Source: an uncultured bacterium (lineage in GTDB: Bacteria; Fidelibacterota; Marinisomatia; Marinisomatales; TCS55). Taken from it: a DNA stretch of 64,000 nucleotides. How positions within the stretch are numbered: the stretch's first letter is position 1; each line of letters starts with the position of its first letter. Position numbers and translations under genes: made by a program. The stretch is from positions 1,669 to 65,668 of the forward strand of contig CAYFJU010000005.1 in assembly GCA_964343505.1 (NCBI GenBank), in the 5' to 3' direction. Shown here one piece after another: positions 1-10,511 of this stretch. The notes beneath the pieces are model-generated. The model did no database searches. It worked only from the letters and a program-made list of their open reading frames with translations, and had not been told where the DNA came from.

Positions 1-25
1 ATGATTATATAAAAGGTGGCGGTAA

Positions 26-850
26 ATGAAAGATTTTACCCTCAATATCCATGGTACACAGATCTATGTGGAACAATGTGGCACGGGAGAACCATTATTG
101 ATGATCCCGGGCGTTGGTTCAGGCTCTTGGCTCTGGAATTCAATGGTGCCGGAACTTTCTCAATATTTTGAATTATTCATGCCCCACCTCCGGGGCAGCG
201 GAAGATCGGATAAACCGGATCATGTTTATTCTGTGGATCAAATGGCAAAAGATATGTATGAAGTGGTTCATCAAATTGGTTTGCAAAGAACACACGTTTT
301 GGGTGTTTCACTGGGAGGTTATATTGCTCAAGCGTATTCAATACATTGGCCCGAAAAGGTTGCCTCCCTGGCATTGATCGCAACATCCTCAGGTGGAATA
401 GACAGTATCGGTCCGGATGGGAATACATTGAGTCAAATGATTCGACTGCGGGGAAAAACACGGAAAGCACGGTTGGAAGAAGCTTACCAGCTCAATTTCA
501 CGGAAGATTTTATGGCCAATAAAAGGGCGGAACTGGACCAGATCACCAATTGGCGGATCCAATATCCACAACCAGAATTTGCCTATTACCGGCAAATGAT
601 GGCGGGTTACGTATATACGCAAAACGGAGCCGTTGAAAATTTGACCATGCCTACCTTCATCGCTGGCGGCAGGGATGATAAAATGATTCCGCTTCAGGAT
701 GTGGAATTGCTGCACCAAAAAATAGACCAATCCATTCTGCAGGTTTATGATGGAAAACATTTATTCTTTTTCGAAGCGCGGGAACAGTTTAACCAGGATG
801 TAATATCCTTTTTTCAATCTCACCCAATTAAAAGGGAGGTTTTGTCATGA
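26..850 (+). CDS. alpha/beta-fold hydrolase, substrate unknown
   Basis: 274-aa ORF. Oxyanion region LLMIPGVGSGS, nucleophile elbow GVSLGG, C-terminal His region YDGKHLFFFE. The stop overlaps the next start (ATGA at 847-850). Confidence 0.8.
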   Translation: MKDFTLNIHGTQIYVEQCGTGEPLLMIPGVGSGSWLWNSMVPELSQYFELFMPHLRGSGRSDKPDHVYSVDQMAKDMYEVVHQIGLQRTHVLGVSLGGYIAQAYSIHWPEKVASLALIATSSGGIDSIGPDGNTLSQMIRLRGKTRKARLEEAYQLNFTEDFMANKRAELDQITNWRIQYPQPEFAYYRQMMAGYVYTQNGAVENLTMPTFIAGGRDDKMIPLQDVELLHQKIDQSILQVYDGKHLFFFEAREQFNQDVISFFQSHPIKREVLS

Positions 851-2022
851 GTGGTCAAATAGTCCAATCCACTAATAAATCCCGTATGAAGATTCGATTT
901 TATTGGATCTTCATACCGCTTCTGTTGATGTTGTCTTCCTGCGTCAAAAAGGAACCCTTCACCACCGGTATTACCCATCTTGACGGTATCGAATCCTGGT
1001 TGGTGCAAACAGATCGTCTTAATACCCATGTTCTCACATTTAGGGATAAGGGTACGCCAGTTATATTTCTCCACGGCAATTTTTCGTCGGCTACCTACTG
1101 GGAAGAAATCATGGTCGCTTTGCCGGAAGGGTACCGGGCCATCGCTCCGGATATGCGCGGGTTTGGCTGGAGTGAAAGCAAAATTGTAGATGCCACCCGG
1201 GGGTCCGGGGATTGGAGCGACGACCTTTACAGCCTAATGAAAACCCTCAAATTAAAAAAGGCCCACTTGGTCTCTTGGTCGTTGAGCGGCGGGGTGATTT
1301 ATCAATTTTTGGCCGACCATCCTGACATGGCCCTTTCCGCCACCTTGGTGGCGCCCGTCTCCCCCTACGGGTTTGGCGGCACAAAGGATCTGGAAGGGAC
1401 CCCCTGTTATGATGATTTTGCCGGCTCCGGTGGCGGTGTGGTCAACCCGGAGTTTATCAGCAGGATAAAGGCGGGAGACCGCAGTGAGGAAAGTCAGAAC
1501 TCCCCCCGCAATGTGATGAATGCTTTTTATTACAAACCACCTTTTAAGGCCCCCAGAGAAGAAGATTTTTTAACCGCATCGCTCCAACAAAAAACGGGTG
1601 ACGACAGCTATCCCGGCGATTTTATTGCTTCGGAAAACTGGCCCAATGTGGCCCCCGGAAAGTTGGGTCCCATCAATGCCGGGTCGCCAAAATATACCAG
1701 TGATGTTGTCCAATCCCTGCTTGAAAGCGACCAGAAAGTCTCCATTCTATGGGTTCGGGGGAGTGATGATTTAATTATTTCGGATAATTCATTTTTTGAT
1801 TTTGGCACCTTGGGAAAGCTGGGATATATACCCGGATGGCCTGGGGAATCCGTTTTTCCGCCCCAACCGATGATAGGCCAAACCCGACATGTTCTCCAGC
1901 AGTACGCGGAAAATGGTGGTTCGCTTAAAGAAGTGGTTATCGAAAATACAGGGCATGGCCCCCAGATTGAAAAACCGGGAGAGTTTAATCAGGTTTTTCA
2001 TGAATTTTTATCAAAGCAATAA
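847..2022 (+). CDS. secreted alpha/beta-fold hydrolase, probable lipoprotein
   Basis: 391-aa ORF with IFLHGNFSS, elbow SWSLSGG and ENTGHGPQIEKP. An internal ATG at 886 gives MKIRFYWIFIPLLLMLSSC (lipobox LSSC), so the true start may be 886. Confidence 0.75.
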   Translation: MSGQIVQSTNKSRMKIRFYWIFIPLLLMLSSCVKKEPFTTGITHLDGIESWLVQTDRLNTHVLTFRDKGTPVIFLHGNFSSATYWEEIMVALPEGYRAIAPDMRGFGWSESKIVDATRGSGDWSDDLYSLMKTLKLKKAHLVSWSLSGGVIYQFLADHPDMALSATLVAPVSPYGFGGTKDLEGTPCYDDFAGSGGGVVNPEFISRIKAGDRSEESQNSPRNVMNAFYYKPPFKAPREEDFLTASLQQKTGDDSYPGDFIASENWPNVAPGKLGPINAGSPKYTSDVVQSLLESDQKVSILWVRGSDDLIISDNSFFDFGTLGKLGYIPGWPGESVFPPQPMIGQTRHVLQQYAENGGSLKEVVIENTGHGPQIEKPGEFNQVFHEFLSKQ

Positions 2023-2062
2023 TGCGATTGATTCAAAAAAATAAAGTACGAGTTAGCCAACT

Positions 2063-3577
2063 ATGTATGTAGGTGACTATATTGGACGAAGAGCGCTGTA
2101 TTCAGGTGACGACCTTGCCTTGGTGGACCTGGGAAATGGTGGCCAAGAATATACCTTTAATCAATTGAATAACCGTGCCAATCGGCTGGGACGATGGCTG
2201 GAAAATGCCGGTCTCAAAAAAGGGGATCGGGCAGGGATCCTGGCTTTTGATGGGATATATCATTACGATTTGTTTTACGCCTGCGGGAAAACAGGATGTA
2301 TTTCAACGCCGTATAACTGGCGCCTCCATCCCAAGGAAGTCTTGTACCAGGTTCAGGTGAGTAAACCAAACGTATTCATCTATGGTGAAAATGAGGAATT
2401 ATCTGAAATTGTTTCTTACATCAAGGAACAATCATCTCATATCCATTTTATTCGAACTGATCAGTTGAATGTAGAATTGTCCGAACTGAGTTCTGACCAA
2501 ATTACCTGTGAATCATTGGTAGAAACGGATACCATGTGTTTACTGTTTACCGGTGGAACAACAGGATTGTCGAAGGCGGCACAGATCAGCCATCGGCAGG
2601 TGGTATGGAATATTTTTAATACAGAGTTTGCTGACGTCAAGGGTACAGACAGTTTTTTAAATGTATTCCCCATGTTTCATACGGGAGGTCTATTTGTATT
2701 TGCGACGCCTATTCAAATTATGGGCGGTACTATTTTTCAGGCTAAGGGTGTAGATCCTGATCAAATTTTATCGGTGATTCAGGAAGAAAAGCTGTCACTG
2801 TTTGCAGCGGTGCCCTCCGTATACCAGATGATGACCCAGAGCCCAAATTGGGCTGATGCGGATTTATCGTCTTTACGTTATTGCATCAGTGGCGGTGCAC
2901 CCATGCCTATTCCTTTAATTCAAAAATATCAGCAGGAAAAGAACGTGGTTTTTCGCCAGGGATTCGGATTAACGGAATTCGGTCCGGCTGATTTTATTCT
3001 CTCAGCCAAAGATTCTGAACGGAAGGCCGGGTCTATCGGGAATCCGAATTTCTTTGTGGATGCCAAAGTGGTTGATCCTGAAACAAATGAAACAAAACCA
3101 CACAATGAAGTGGGTGAACTTTGTCTGAGAGGGCCTATGGCCACGACCGGTTATTTTGAAAATCCAGAAGCGACAGAGGCTCTTTTCGATAAAGAAGGAT
3201 ATCTGCATACGGGCGATATGGCAAAAGTAGATGAGGATGGATATTATTATATTGTTGACAGGTTGAAAGATATGTTTATCAGCGGCGGCGAGAATGTTTT
3301 TCCTTCTGAAATTGAAAAAGTATTATACCAGAATGCTGCTGTAGACATGTGCGCCGTTGTGGGTATACCCAATGAAAAATGGGGTGAAGTAGGCTGTGCT
3401 TTTATTGTTAAAAACACCGAATCCAATTCAACAGAAAAAGAAATAATCGATTATATGAAAAATAACCTGGCCCATTACAAAGTACCCCACGAGGTGAGAT
3501 TTATCGAAGAGATGCCATTGTCGGGCCCGGGGAAAATTCTGAAAACTGAATTACGTAATATGGTGGCGTCATCATGA
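2063..3577 (+). CDS. AMP-forming acyl-CoA synthetase/ligase (ANL superfamily)
   Basis: 504-aa ORF. P-loop-like LLFTGGTTGLSKAA, GFGLTEF, YLHTGDMAKVDEDGYYYIVDRLKDMFISGGENVFPSEIE, C-terminal GPGKILK. Confidence 0.85.
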   Translation: MYVGDYIGRRALYSGDDLALVDLGNGGQEYTFNQLNNRANRLGRWLENAGLKKGDRAGILAFDGIYHYDLFYACGKTGCISTPYNWRLHPKEVLYQVQVSKPNVFIYGENEELSEIVSYIKEQSSHIHFIRTDQLNVELSELSSDQITCESLVETDTMCLLFTGGTTGLSKAAQISHRQVVWNIFNTEFADVKGTDSFLNVFPMFHTGGLFVFATPIQIMGGTIFQAKGVDPDQILSVIQEEKLSLFAAVPSVYQMMTQSPNWADADLSSLRYCISGGAPMPIPLIQKYQQEKNVVFRQGFGLTEFGPADFILSAKDSERKAGSIGNPNFFVDAKVVDPETNETKPHNEVGELCLRGPMATTGYFENPEATEALFDKEGYLHTGDMAKVDEDGYYYIVDRLKDMFISGGENVFPSEIEKVLYQNAAVDMCAVVGIPNEKWGEVGCAFIVKNTESNSTEKEIIDYMKNNLAHYKVPHEVRFIEEMPLSGPGKILKTELRNMVASS

Positions 3578-4614
3578 GTCAACCGTCAGTCGGTATCGTC
3601 AGCGCAGGGATGTATATCCCAAAATCATTTATGACAGCCGCTGATATTTCTGAAATTTCTGAGTTGCCCGAATGGGTGGTTAAAGAAAAGCTCGGAATCG
3701 AAAAAAAATATATGGCTGGTCCTGATGAACATCCGAACCAGATGGGTGTTTGGGCTGCCCAAGATTGTTTGTCCAAATGCGATATTGATCCGGAGGACAT
3801 TGACGTCATTCTGTGCAATACAGAAGAGTGGCGGGAATACCTAATGTGGACATCGGGCATCAATATCGCCCATGAAATTGGTGCGAAAAATGCCTGGGCC
3901 ATGGATTTGCATATGCGCTGCTGTACAACAATCGGCGCACTTAAAACGGCCAAAAGTCTGATGGTTACTGATCCCGATATCAATACAATTATGATTGTGG
4001 GCGGCTATAATGTGGGTGATTTCATTAACCTGAAAGATCACAATACCAGTTGGATGTTCAATATCGGCGCCGGTGGTTCAGCAATCCTGCTGCAGAAAAA
4101 TTGGCCCGAGAATCATGTTCTTGGGAGTCACATTATAGTGGATGGTTCCATGAGTCTCCATTGTGTCATTCCGTCCAGTGGCACCAAAAAACATCCCACC
4201 GACGAAGCGGTGAAAAGTCATGAATTTTATTTCAAGCTGCTGGAGCCGGAAGCCATGAAATCCCGCCTGGGAGAAGTCTCCATGGAAAATTGGTTCAAGT
4301 GTATCGACAAATCTTTAACGGACAGTGGGAAGCAAATTGGCCGGGAATTGACCCGAGAAAGTGTGGATTATCTAAATATGATCCATGTGAAGCCCTCGGC
4401 CCATAAAGACATGCTGGATAATCTTTTTTTGCGTGAAACACAATCTGTTTACCTCTCTGAATTTGGCCATACAGGTGAACATGATAATGTGATTGCCATC
4501 ATTGAAGGTCTTCGTCAGGGGAAATTGAAGGATGGTGATTTAATGATGATGGTGGGGGCCGGTGTTGGCTACGTATGGGGTGCGGCTTGTGTACAGTGGG
4601 GAAAGGTGAATTAA
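3574..4614 (+). CDS. KASIII (FabH)-like thiolase-fold enzyme, atypical active-site motifs
   Basis: 346-aa ORF, ATGA-coupled to the ligase. Cys region AMDLHMRCCTTIGAL. The usual GNTSAAS Asn motif reads FGHTGEHDNV. C-terminal MMMVGAGVGYVWGA. Confidence 0.65.
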   Translation: MSQPSVGIVSAGMYIPKSFMTAADISEISELPEWVVKEKLGIEKKYMAGPDEHPNQMGVWAAQDCLSKCDIDPEDIDVILCNTEEWREYLMWTSGINIAHEIGAKNAWAMDLHMRCCTTIGALKTAKSLMVTDPDINTIMIVGGYNVGDFINLKDHNTSWMFNIGAGGSAILLQKNWPENHVLGSHIIVDGSMSLHCVIPSSGTKKHPTDEAVKSHEFYFKLLEPEAMKSRLGEVSMENWFKCIDKSLTDSGKQIGRELTRESVDYLNMIHVKPSAHKDMLDNLFLRETQSVYLSEFGHTGEHDNVIAIIEGLRQGKLKDGDLMMMVGAGVGYVWGAACVQWGKVN

Positions 4615-4617
4615 GGT

Positions 4618-6135
4618 ATGACGTTAGCCTGGACATTATTCAGTATCTACTTGGTCGGCACCAGTTACCTGGGTTGGATGGGGTATAAAAGAACAAAAGG
4701 TTTTGACAGTTTTGCCATTGGCGCTGGTGATTTATCCCCTTGGGTTGTGGGTGTAACGCTGGCAGCCAGTACCGCTTCGGCCGCAACATTTATTATTAAC
4801 CCCGGCTTTATTTATGTGCATGGATTGGCCGGATTTATGCATTTTGCACCTGGGATTGGCATCGGTTTCGCTGTAATGCTGGTAATCCTGTCTTTTCGTT
4901 TTCGCCAAATTGGTGCGGAAAATAAGGCCCTGACCATTCCACATTGGATCGGCAATCGATACAATTCAAAAGGTTTTGCATTGTATTTTGCCTTTTTAAA
5001 CCTCTTATCCTTTGCATTCGTTGTATTAATTGTTGGCGGTCTCTCCATCGTAATGCAAAACCTGTTGGGGGTCTCCAATGTGGCGGCATTAGTCATAATT
5101 CTTACTTTTGTCACTGCTTACATTTTTTCCGGCGGAACATACGCTCATGTTTTTACCAATATGTTCCAAGGCTCTCTCATGATCCTGGTTGCGCTGGTGG
5201 TCATAAGTTCAGGGTTATCCTTATTTTTTGATTCCCCCGGTCTGATCGGCCATTTACGCAGCCAGGATGCCTCCTTAATGACGTGGGTGAACCCAAACAG
5301 TAATTTGTTTAATGATCTTTATTCCGTTTACCCGGCGGCCTTTATCATGGGTGCTGCTCTGGTTTGCCAGCCCCATATCCTGACCAAGGCACTCTATGTA
5401 AAATCGGACCAGCAAGTCCGTCAGTACTTGACCATCGCTATTGTAATTCTTGTCATATTTTTCTCACTTGTGGTGGTGGGCTTCTACGCCCATATAGTTG
5501 TTCCGCCCGAACAATTACTGGATGTAACCGGTAAGTTCCGCCAAGATCTGGTGATGACCATGTACATCAAGAATGCCTTTCCAGGCTGGGTGTTCACCTT
5601 TATCAGTGTTGTGCTGTTGGCTGCTGGGATGTCAACCTTGGACGGTATTTTGATTGGTCTATCCACTATTACGGCTAATGATTTAGTTTTGAACTTGGTT
5701 CAACAATTTAAAGGCAACCATTGGGATCGAAACCGTCAGCTCCAATTTGCCAACTATGCCAGTCATGTGGTATTGGTGGTTATAGCTGTCCTGGCATTTT
5801 TTGTCTGTTTGAATCCGCCAAAACTCTTAGGCATCTTTGGCCAGGTAGGCGTGTATGGAATGGTGGTTGCCGTCGTGCCGCCACTATTATCAGGAATTGT
5901 ATATAAAAAAGTATCCCTGCCATTGGTATGGGGAACTTCAATTTTGGGCTTGGCCGCGCATTTTATTTTTTATTTCTTTGGAGCCGGTCTATTTTCTGAA
6001 TCAACGTTGGTGTTCAATAACCCCGGGGTGAGTGCATCCTTGGCAGTGTTGATATCTGTGAGTCCAGCTTTAATTGGGGGATTTTTTATGAGTAATACTT
6101 CCAAAATAAAAAAAAGGAGTGAATCATGGATCTAA
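4618..6135 (+). CDS. sodium:solute symporter (SSS/SSF) family transporter
   Basis: 505-aa polytopic ORF with SGGTYAHVFTNMFQG and AAGMSTLDGIL. Paralogous to 10512-11983. Confidence 0.8.
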   Translation: MTLAWTLFSIYLVGTSYLGWMGYKRTKGFDSFAIGAGDLSPWVVGVTLAASTASAATFIINPGFIYVHGLAGFMHFAPGIGIGFAVMLVILSFRFRQIGAENKALTIPHWIGNRYNSKGFALYFAFLNLLSFAFVVLIVGGLSIVMQNLLGVSNVAALVIILTFVTAYIFSGGTYAHVFTNMFQGSLMILVALVVISSGLSLFFDSPGLIGHLRSQDASLMTWVNPNSNLFNDLYSVYPAAFIMGAALVCQPHILTKALYVKSDQQVRQYLTIAIVILVIFFSLVVVGFYAHIVVPPEQLLDVTGKFRQDLVMTMYIKNAFPGWVFTFISVVLLAAGMSTLDGILIGLSTITANDLVLNLVQQFKGNHWDRNRQLQFANYASHVVLVVIAVLAFFVCLNPPKLLGIFGQVGVYGMVVAVVPPLLSGIVYKKVSLPLVWGTSILGLAAHFIFYFFGAGLFSESTLVFNNPGVSASLAVLISVSPALIGGFFMSNTSKIKKRSESWI

Positions 6136-8582
6136 AAACCATATTCATAAAAGGCTGTTTATCCCTGGCAATCATTGCCGGATTATCAGCACAAACAGGA
6201 TCTGTTACCGGATCGGTAACAGATGAAAATGGTAACCCGCTTTCAGGTGCAAATATCGTAATAGAGGGAACATCCAGTGGCGCTGCGGCGGCCAATGATG
6301 GTTCCTACATCATTAAGAATGTTCCCACCGGTTCTCACACGATTTCAGCTTCCATGATTGGATATGGGAAAAGGACTGAAACGATTCGTGTAAGTGATGG
6401 AAGCGTACAATTGGATTTTGTACTGGGTCAAGTATCGCTACCGGGAGAAGAAGTGGTTGTTTCAGCCTCGAGACGGATGGAGAAAATTGTGGATGCGCCC
6501 GTAACTATTGCGGTAATTAACGAAGCTAAAATCAGACGGAGTACCGGGTTTAATGTTGGCGCTTTGATGAAGGAAGTTAAAGGGGCCGATATTTATCAGG
6601 CCGGGATCCAGGGCATCGGTGTGAATGCAAGAGGATTTATGTCCGCTTACAGTTATCGCTTTATGATGATGGGAGACGGGATGAACGCCATGCTACCAGG
6701 AGCAGGTTTGTCATCAGGTGGCCTATGGCCTGTGGCAAAAGAGGACCTGGAACGCATTGAAGTTATTATGGGCCCCAGTTCCGCGCTGTATGGGCCAAAT
6801 GCCCACAATGGAATGGTCAATGTTATTTCAAAGCATCCCAAAAGGTATCCCGGTGGTTCCGTTGTTTTAGGCGCTGGTCAAAACAGTATTTTAACGCAAC
6901 GGGTTCGTTATGCTGGCGCTGCCGGTGCTCTTTCGTACAAAGTAAACTATGAGCACGTATCGGGTACAGATTGGACTACAAATAAAGAATACTGGGCAGA
7001 TTTAAATGGTAACAAAGCGATTGATTCTGGTGAAACCATCGTAGTCGGCCATGAGAAAGACAGCAAAATAGAAGATACCAGGATGAATACAGCTGTGTAT
7101 TATGCCCTTAGCGGGGATATGGAAGTTGGGGCTGGATTTGGCCAGGGTAAACAGACAGGTTGGGGCACCACAAACTTGGGTGCCAATGTATTGCAGGACT
7201 GGGCCGTAAATAACCTATGGGCACAATTCAGTCATCCAAATGTATTTGCAAGATTCTATAATACAACGAATACTGCGGGGAATACCCATTCTGTTCCCAA
7301 TCGATCCATCATGGAATTGAATGGAATGAGCAGGCAGGATGCAATTGACAAAATCAAGTACGTCGATGATTCCGGTCTGGTTGGTGCAGAAGCTCAAGGG
7401 AATGTGAAATTGGGTTTGGTTCATCTGATTGCCGGGTTTGACTATATGAAGTTTGAACCGGTCAGTGGCCGGACATACCTGGATGATAAAGGTAAAGACC
7501 CAATTTCCGGCCAGGAAGAAGGTGAAGCCATCACCTTAACTCAAACAGGGTTTTATGGTCAGGCTCAGGTAGAGTTACCGGCTGCGCTGTCTCTTACTGC
7601 TGCGCTGCGGTTTGACAATCATGATAACTATGGAAAAAATACGAGTCCCCGAGTTGGATTGGTCTGGAAAGGGCTCGGATTTGGTAATTTTCGTGTGACA
7701 TGGAATCGCGCCTTCCAGGCACCGGCAATCCTTCAGCAGATGCTTTACTTGCCATATGGAGCCGTGGGACCATTCGGATTGATTCTTCGTGGCGGCGGTC
7801 AAGGATTTACTTATGCCGATGGGTCCAAAATTGATCCATTGAAAGTGGAAACCAATGAAACCTTAGAATTTGGATTTAAAGGGACGCCAGCAAAAGGTTT
7901 ATACCTGGATGTGAATTACTTCCAAAGCAACTACAAGGATTTTATCAGTCCCTTGCAGTTTATTGCCGACCCCTTGGGGTTAGGATTAGCGGGGACAGCA
8001 GGCACACCATTGGTTGTCACTCACATGGGTGATAAAGCTTTAGTCCCACAGTATATCATGACCTACAAAAACTTTGGAGAAGTAAAAATCTCCGGGTTTG
8101 ATTTAGGAATTAAATATGCCCTAAGCAGCAATATGGGTGTTTTCCTTAACTATTCAAAGGCCGACTATTCGGATTTAAAAAGTAAAAAGGAAGATAGCGC
8201 TACTGCAGCCCAATACGCATCCCTGCACATTAATTCTCCCGAGAACAAATGGGCTGCAGGGATTGACCTGAAGGATCTTGGGTTAAAAGGATTAGGTGTG
8301 TCCGTTTCAGCCCGCCATGTGGATGAATATGATTTCATTTCCGGCAGGCACAGCGCAACAAAGGCGGGAAAGGGAACCAGTGTCACGGGGAATCCTTATT
8401 TTATGGATGACGGACCATTGGGTGGATTTACGTTAATTGACCTTGCATTGAGCTATGAGATATCCGACAAACTTATGGTGAATGTATCGGTTGACAATGT
8501 GAGAGATCATGCTGCCCGTCAGATGGTCGGATCACCAACTACACAACGACTTGTTGTGGGAGAAGTACGCTACGCATTCTGA
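6126..8582 (+). CDS. TonB-dependent outer-membrane receptor with N-terminal CarboxypepD_reg domain
   Basis: 818-aa ORF. Signal peptide ...IIAGLSAQ, then GSVTGSVTDENGNPLSGANIVIEG, plug-like IEVIMGPSSALYGPNAHNGMVNVISK, and a terminal beta-strand ending VRYAF. Confidence 0.85.
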   Translation: MDLKTIFIKGCLSLAIIAGLSAQTGSVTGSVTDENGNPLSGANIVIEGTSSGAAAANDGSYIIKNVPTGSHTISASMIGYGKRTETIRVSDGSVQLDFVLGQVSLPGEEVVVSASRRMEKIVDAPVTIAVINEAKIRRSTGFNVGALMKEVKGADIYQAGIQGIGVNARGFMSAYSYRFMMMGDGMNAMLPGAGLSSGGLWPVAKEDLERIEVIMGPSSALYGPNAHNGMVNVISKHPKRYPGGSVVLGAGQNSILTQRVRYAGAAGALSYKVNYEHVSGTDWTTNKEYWADLNGNKAIDSGETIVVGHEKDSKIEDTRMNTAVYYALSGDMEVGAGFGQGKQTGWGTTNLGANVLQDWAVNNLWAQFSHPNVFARFYNTTNTAGNTHSVPNRSIMELNGMSRQDAIDKIKYVDDSGLVGAEAQGNVKLGLVHLIAGFDYMKFEPVSGRTYLDDKGKDPISGQEEGEAITLTQTGFYGQAQVELPAALSLTAALRFDNHDNYGKNTSPRVGLVWKGLGFGNFRVTWNRAFQAPAILQQMLYLPYGAVGPFGLILRGGGQGFTYADGSKIDPLKVETNETLEFGFKGTPAKGLYLDVNYFQSNYKDFISPLQFIADPLGLGLAGTAGTPLVVTHMGDKALVPQYIMTYKNFGEVKISGFDLGIKYALSSNMGVFLNYSKADYSDLKSKKEDSATAAQYASLHINSPENKWAAGIDLKDLGLKGLGVSVSARHVDEYDFISGRHSATKAGKGTSVTGNPYFMDDGPLGGFTLIDLALSYEISDKLMVNVSVDNVRDHAARQMVGSPTTQRLVVGEVRYAF

Positions 8583-8617
8583 TCTACCGGAAGATCAAGT
8601 AGTTATTGACGCTATGA

Positions 8618-8648
8618 AAGGCCTCCCTTTGGAGGCCTTTCTTTTTTA
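8618..8648 (+). terminator. rho-independent terminator after the TonB receptor
   Basis: AAAGGCCTCC-CTTT-GGAGGCCTTT hairpin followed by CTTTTTTAT, about 35 nt after the stop at 8582. Confidence 0.8.
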
Positions 8649-8759
8649 TATAAGCTTGGGGATAAAGGGATCGAAAGGTTGGAGTATATTAGCATTGTTT
8701 GTATATTTCCAAACGATGAAAACACGCAATCAGTTTTTTAATAGTCAAACGGAGCAAAC

Positions 8760-9344
8760 ATGGAAATTCTGGTAAACGCAACCGATTCAATTATTGAAGA
8801 TTTTGGGAAATCCTATTCTGATTCGGGACAACCCATGTTGAAAGGCAGAATCGTTGGACTTCTTTTTGCAAATAATGAACCAATGGCTTTGGGTGAAATA
8901 TCCAAAAGACTTGGCGTGAGTAAAGGGCCTGTGTCCACCTATGCCCGCCAATTGGAAGAAAGCGGTTTTATCCGGCGCATGTGGGTTAAAAATGATCGCC
9001 GAGATTATTACCAACTTTCAGATTTATTTTTTATTCGGCACAGTATTAAAAATAAACAGCTCCATCATGCCAGTTTTTTGATGGCGGAAAAATATTTAAA
9101 AATACTGTCTGCTACCTATCTTAAATCTAATGAAATAGAACGAGAAAATATTAAACCCTTTTTGCAGAGAACTATAGATATGCTCTTTTTTTATAAAAAA
9201 GTTGTACAATTTTATGAACAATTCATTAACGAGTGGCCTACTGTCCAAAATGAAATTCCGGCCGTGGATGACTATATCAAATCCTTGGCTGAGAAAGGTG
9301 GGCTAAAGGACATTTCAACCATCAATATTAACGAGTTGATTTAA
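8760..9344 (+). CDS. GbsR/MarR-type winged-helix transcriptional regulator
   Basis: 194-aa ORF. GRIVGLLFANNEPMALGEISKRLGVSKGPVSTYARQLEESGFIRRMWVKNDRRDYYQL matches my recollection of the GbsR (choline-responsive repressor) family signature. Confidence 0.6.
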   Translation: MEILVNATDSIIEDFGKSYSDSGQPMLKGRIVGLLFANNEPMALGEISKRLGVSKGPVSTYARQLEESGFIRRMWVKNDRRDYYQLSDLFFIRHSIKNKQLHHASFLMAEKYLKILSATYLKSNEIERENIKPFLQRTIDMLFFYKKVVQFYEQFINEWPTVQNEIPAVDDYIKSLAEKGGLKDISTININELI

Positions 9345-9372
9345 TATTTTCCCAAATTCACCGGAGTAAAAC

Positions 9373-10509
9373 ATGGAAACACAAGCCGCTGTTTTATATG
9401 AATTAGGTCAATCTGCACCCTATCAGGAATCCATGCCAATGTCAGTGGAAACCCTGTCGCTGGATGGTCCCGGCCCGGGTGAAATATTGGTTGAGGTGGC
9501 GGGTGCCGGATTATGCCATTCTGATTTATCCGTGATCAATGGTTCCAGACCTCGAGTAATGCCCATGGTGATGGGGCACGAAGCCAGCGGTATTGTTCGG
9601 GAAGTGGGAAATGGTGTCACAGATTTTGTCATAGATGACCATGTTGTTTTTTCATTCGTTCCTATTTGCGGTAGATGTAAACCTTGTCTCTCTGGGCGAC
9701 CAGCATTATGCGAAAAAGGAGCAGTCGCAAATGTGGTTGGTTGTTTGCTCTCCGGACATCGTCCTTTTAAAAATCAGAGTGGGGATGAATTACACCAGCA
9801 TTTAGGCGTGTCGGCATTTTCTCAGTTTACGGTCACAGCCCAAGAATCTGCTGTAAAAATCTCAAAAGATATTCCATTGGAGAAAGCTGCCCTTTTCGGG
9901 TGTGCTGTAATGACCGGTGGTGGCGCAGTCATGAATACGGCGAATGTGTCCCCGGGAGAAAGTGTAGTTATTTTTGGGATGGGTGGCGTTGGCTTGAGCG
10001 CCATCATGGCAGCGAAAGCATCCGGTGCATATCCCATCATTGGCGTTGATATGCTGGAGAGCAAATTCGATATCGCCAAACAGGCCGGTGCACATCATAT
10101 GGTGAACGCCGGGACGGATAAAACACTTGATGAAATTCGTGAATTAACCCAAGGCGGGGCCGACCATGCCATCGAAGCGGTGGGCAGCGAAAAAGTTTTA
10201 ATGCAGGCGTACGCGGCCACCGGTCGGGGCGGTACCACTGTAAGTATCGGACTTCCCCATCCGAGCAAGGAATTTACCATTTCGGCAACGACTATCGTGG
10301 CAGAAGAACGAACCATTAAAGGATGCTACATGGGTTCATCCGTCCCTGCCTTGGACATACCCAAGTTTATCGCCATGTATCAGGCGGGGATTTTACCCGT
10401 GGATTTATTGCTTTCACGAGAAATCAATTTGGATGAAATCAACACGGCATTTGATGATTTAGACTCGGGCAAAGAAATTCGCCAAATCATTCGGTTTGAT
10501 TCCAACTGA
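9373..10509 (+). CDS. zinc-dependent alcohol dehydrogenase (MDR family)
   Basis: 378-aa ORF with GLCHSDL, GHEASG, structural-Zn cysteines CGRCKPCLSGRPALC and Rossmann FGMGGVG. SD GGAG upstream. Confidence 0.85.
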   Translation: METQAAVLYELGQSAPYQESMPMSVETLSLDGPGPGEILVEVAGAGLCHSDLSVINGSRPRVMPMVMGHEASGIVREVGNGVTDFVIDDHVVFSFVPICGRCKPCLSGRPALCEKGAVANVVGCLLSGHRPFKNQSGDELHQHLGVSAFSQFTVTAQESAVKISKDIPLEKAALFGCAVMTGGGAVMNTANVSPGESVVIFGMGGVGLSAIMAAKASGAYPIIGVDMLESKFDIAKQAGAHHMVNAGTDKTLDEIRELTQGGADHAIEAVGSEKVLMQAYAATGRGGTTVSIGLPHPSKEFTISATTIVAEERTIKGCYMGSSVPALDIPKFIAMYQAGILPVDLLLSREINLDEINTAFDDLDSGKEIRQIIRFDSN

Positions 10510-10511
10510 TT

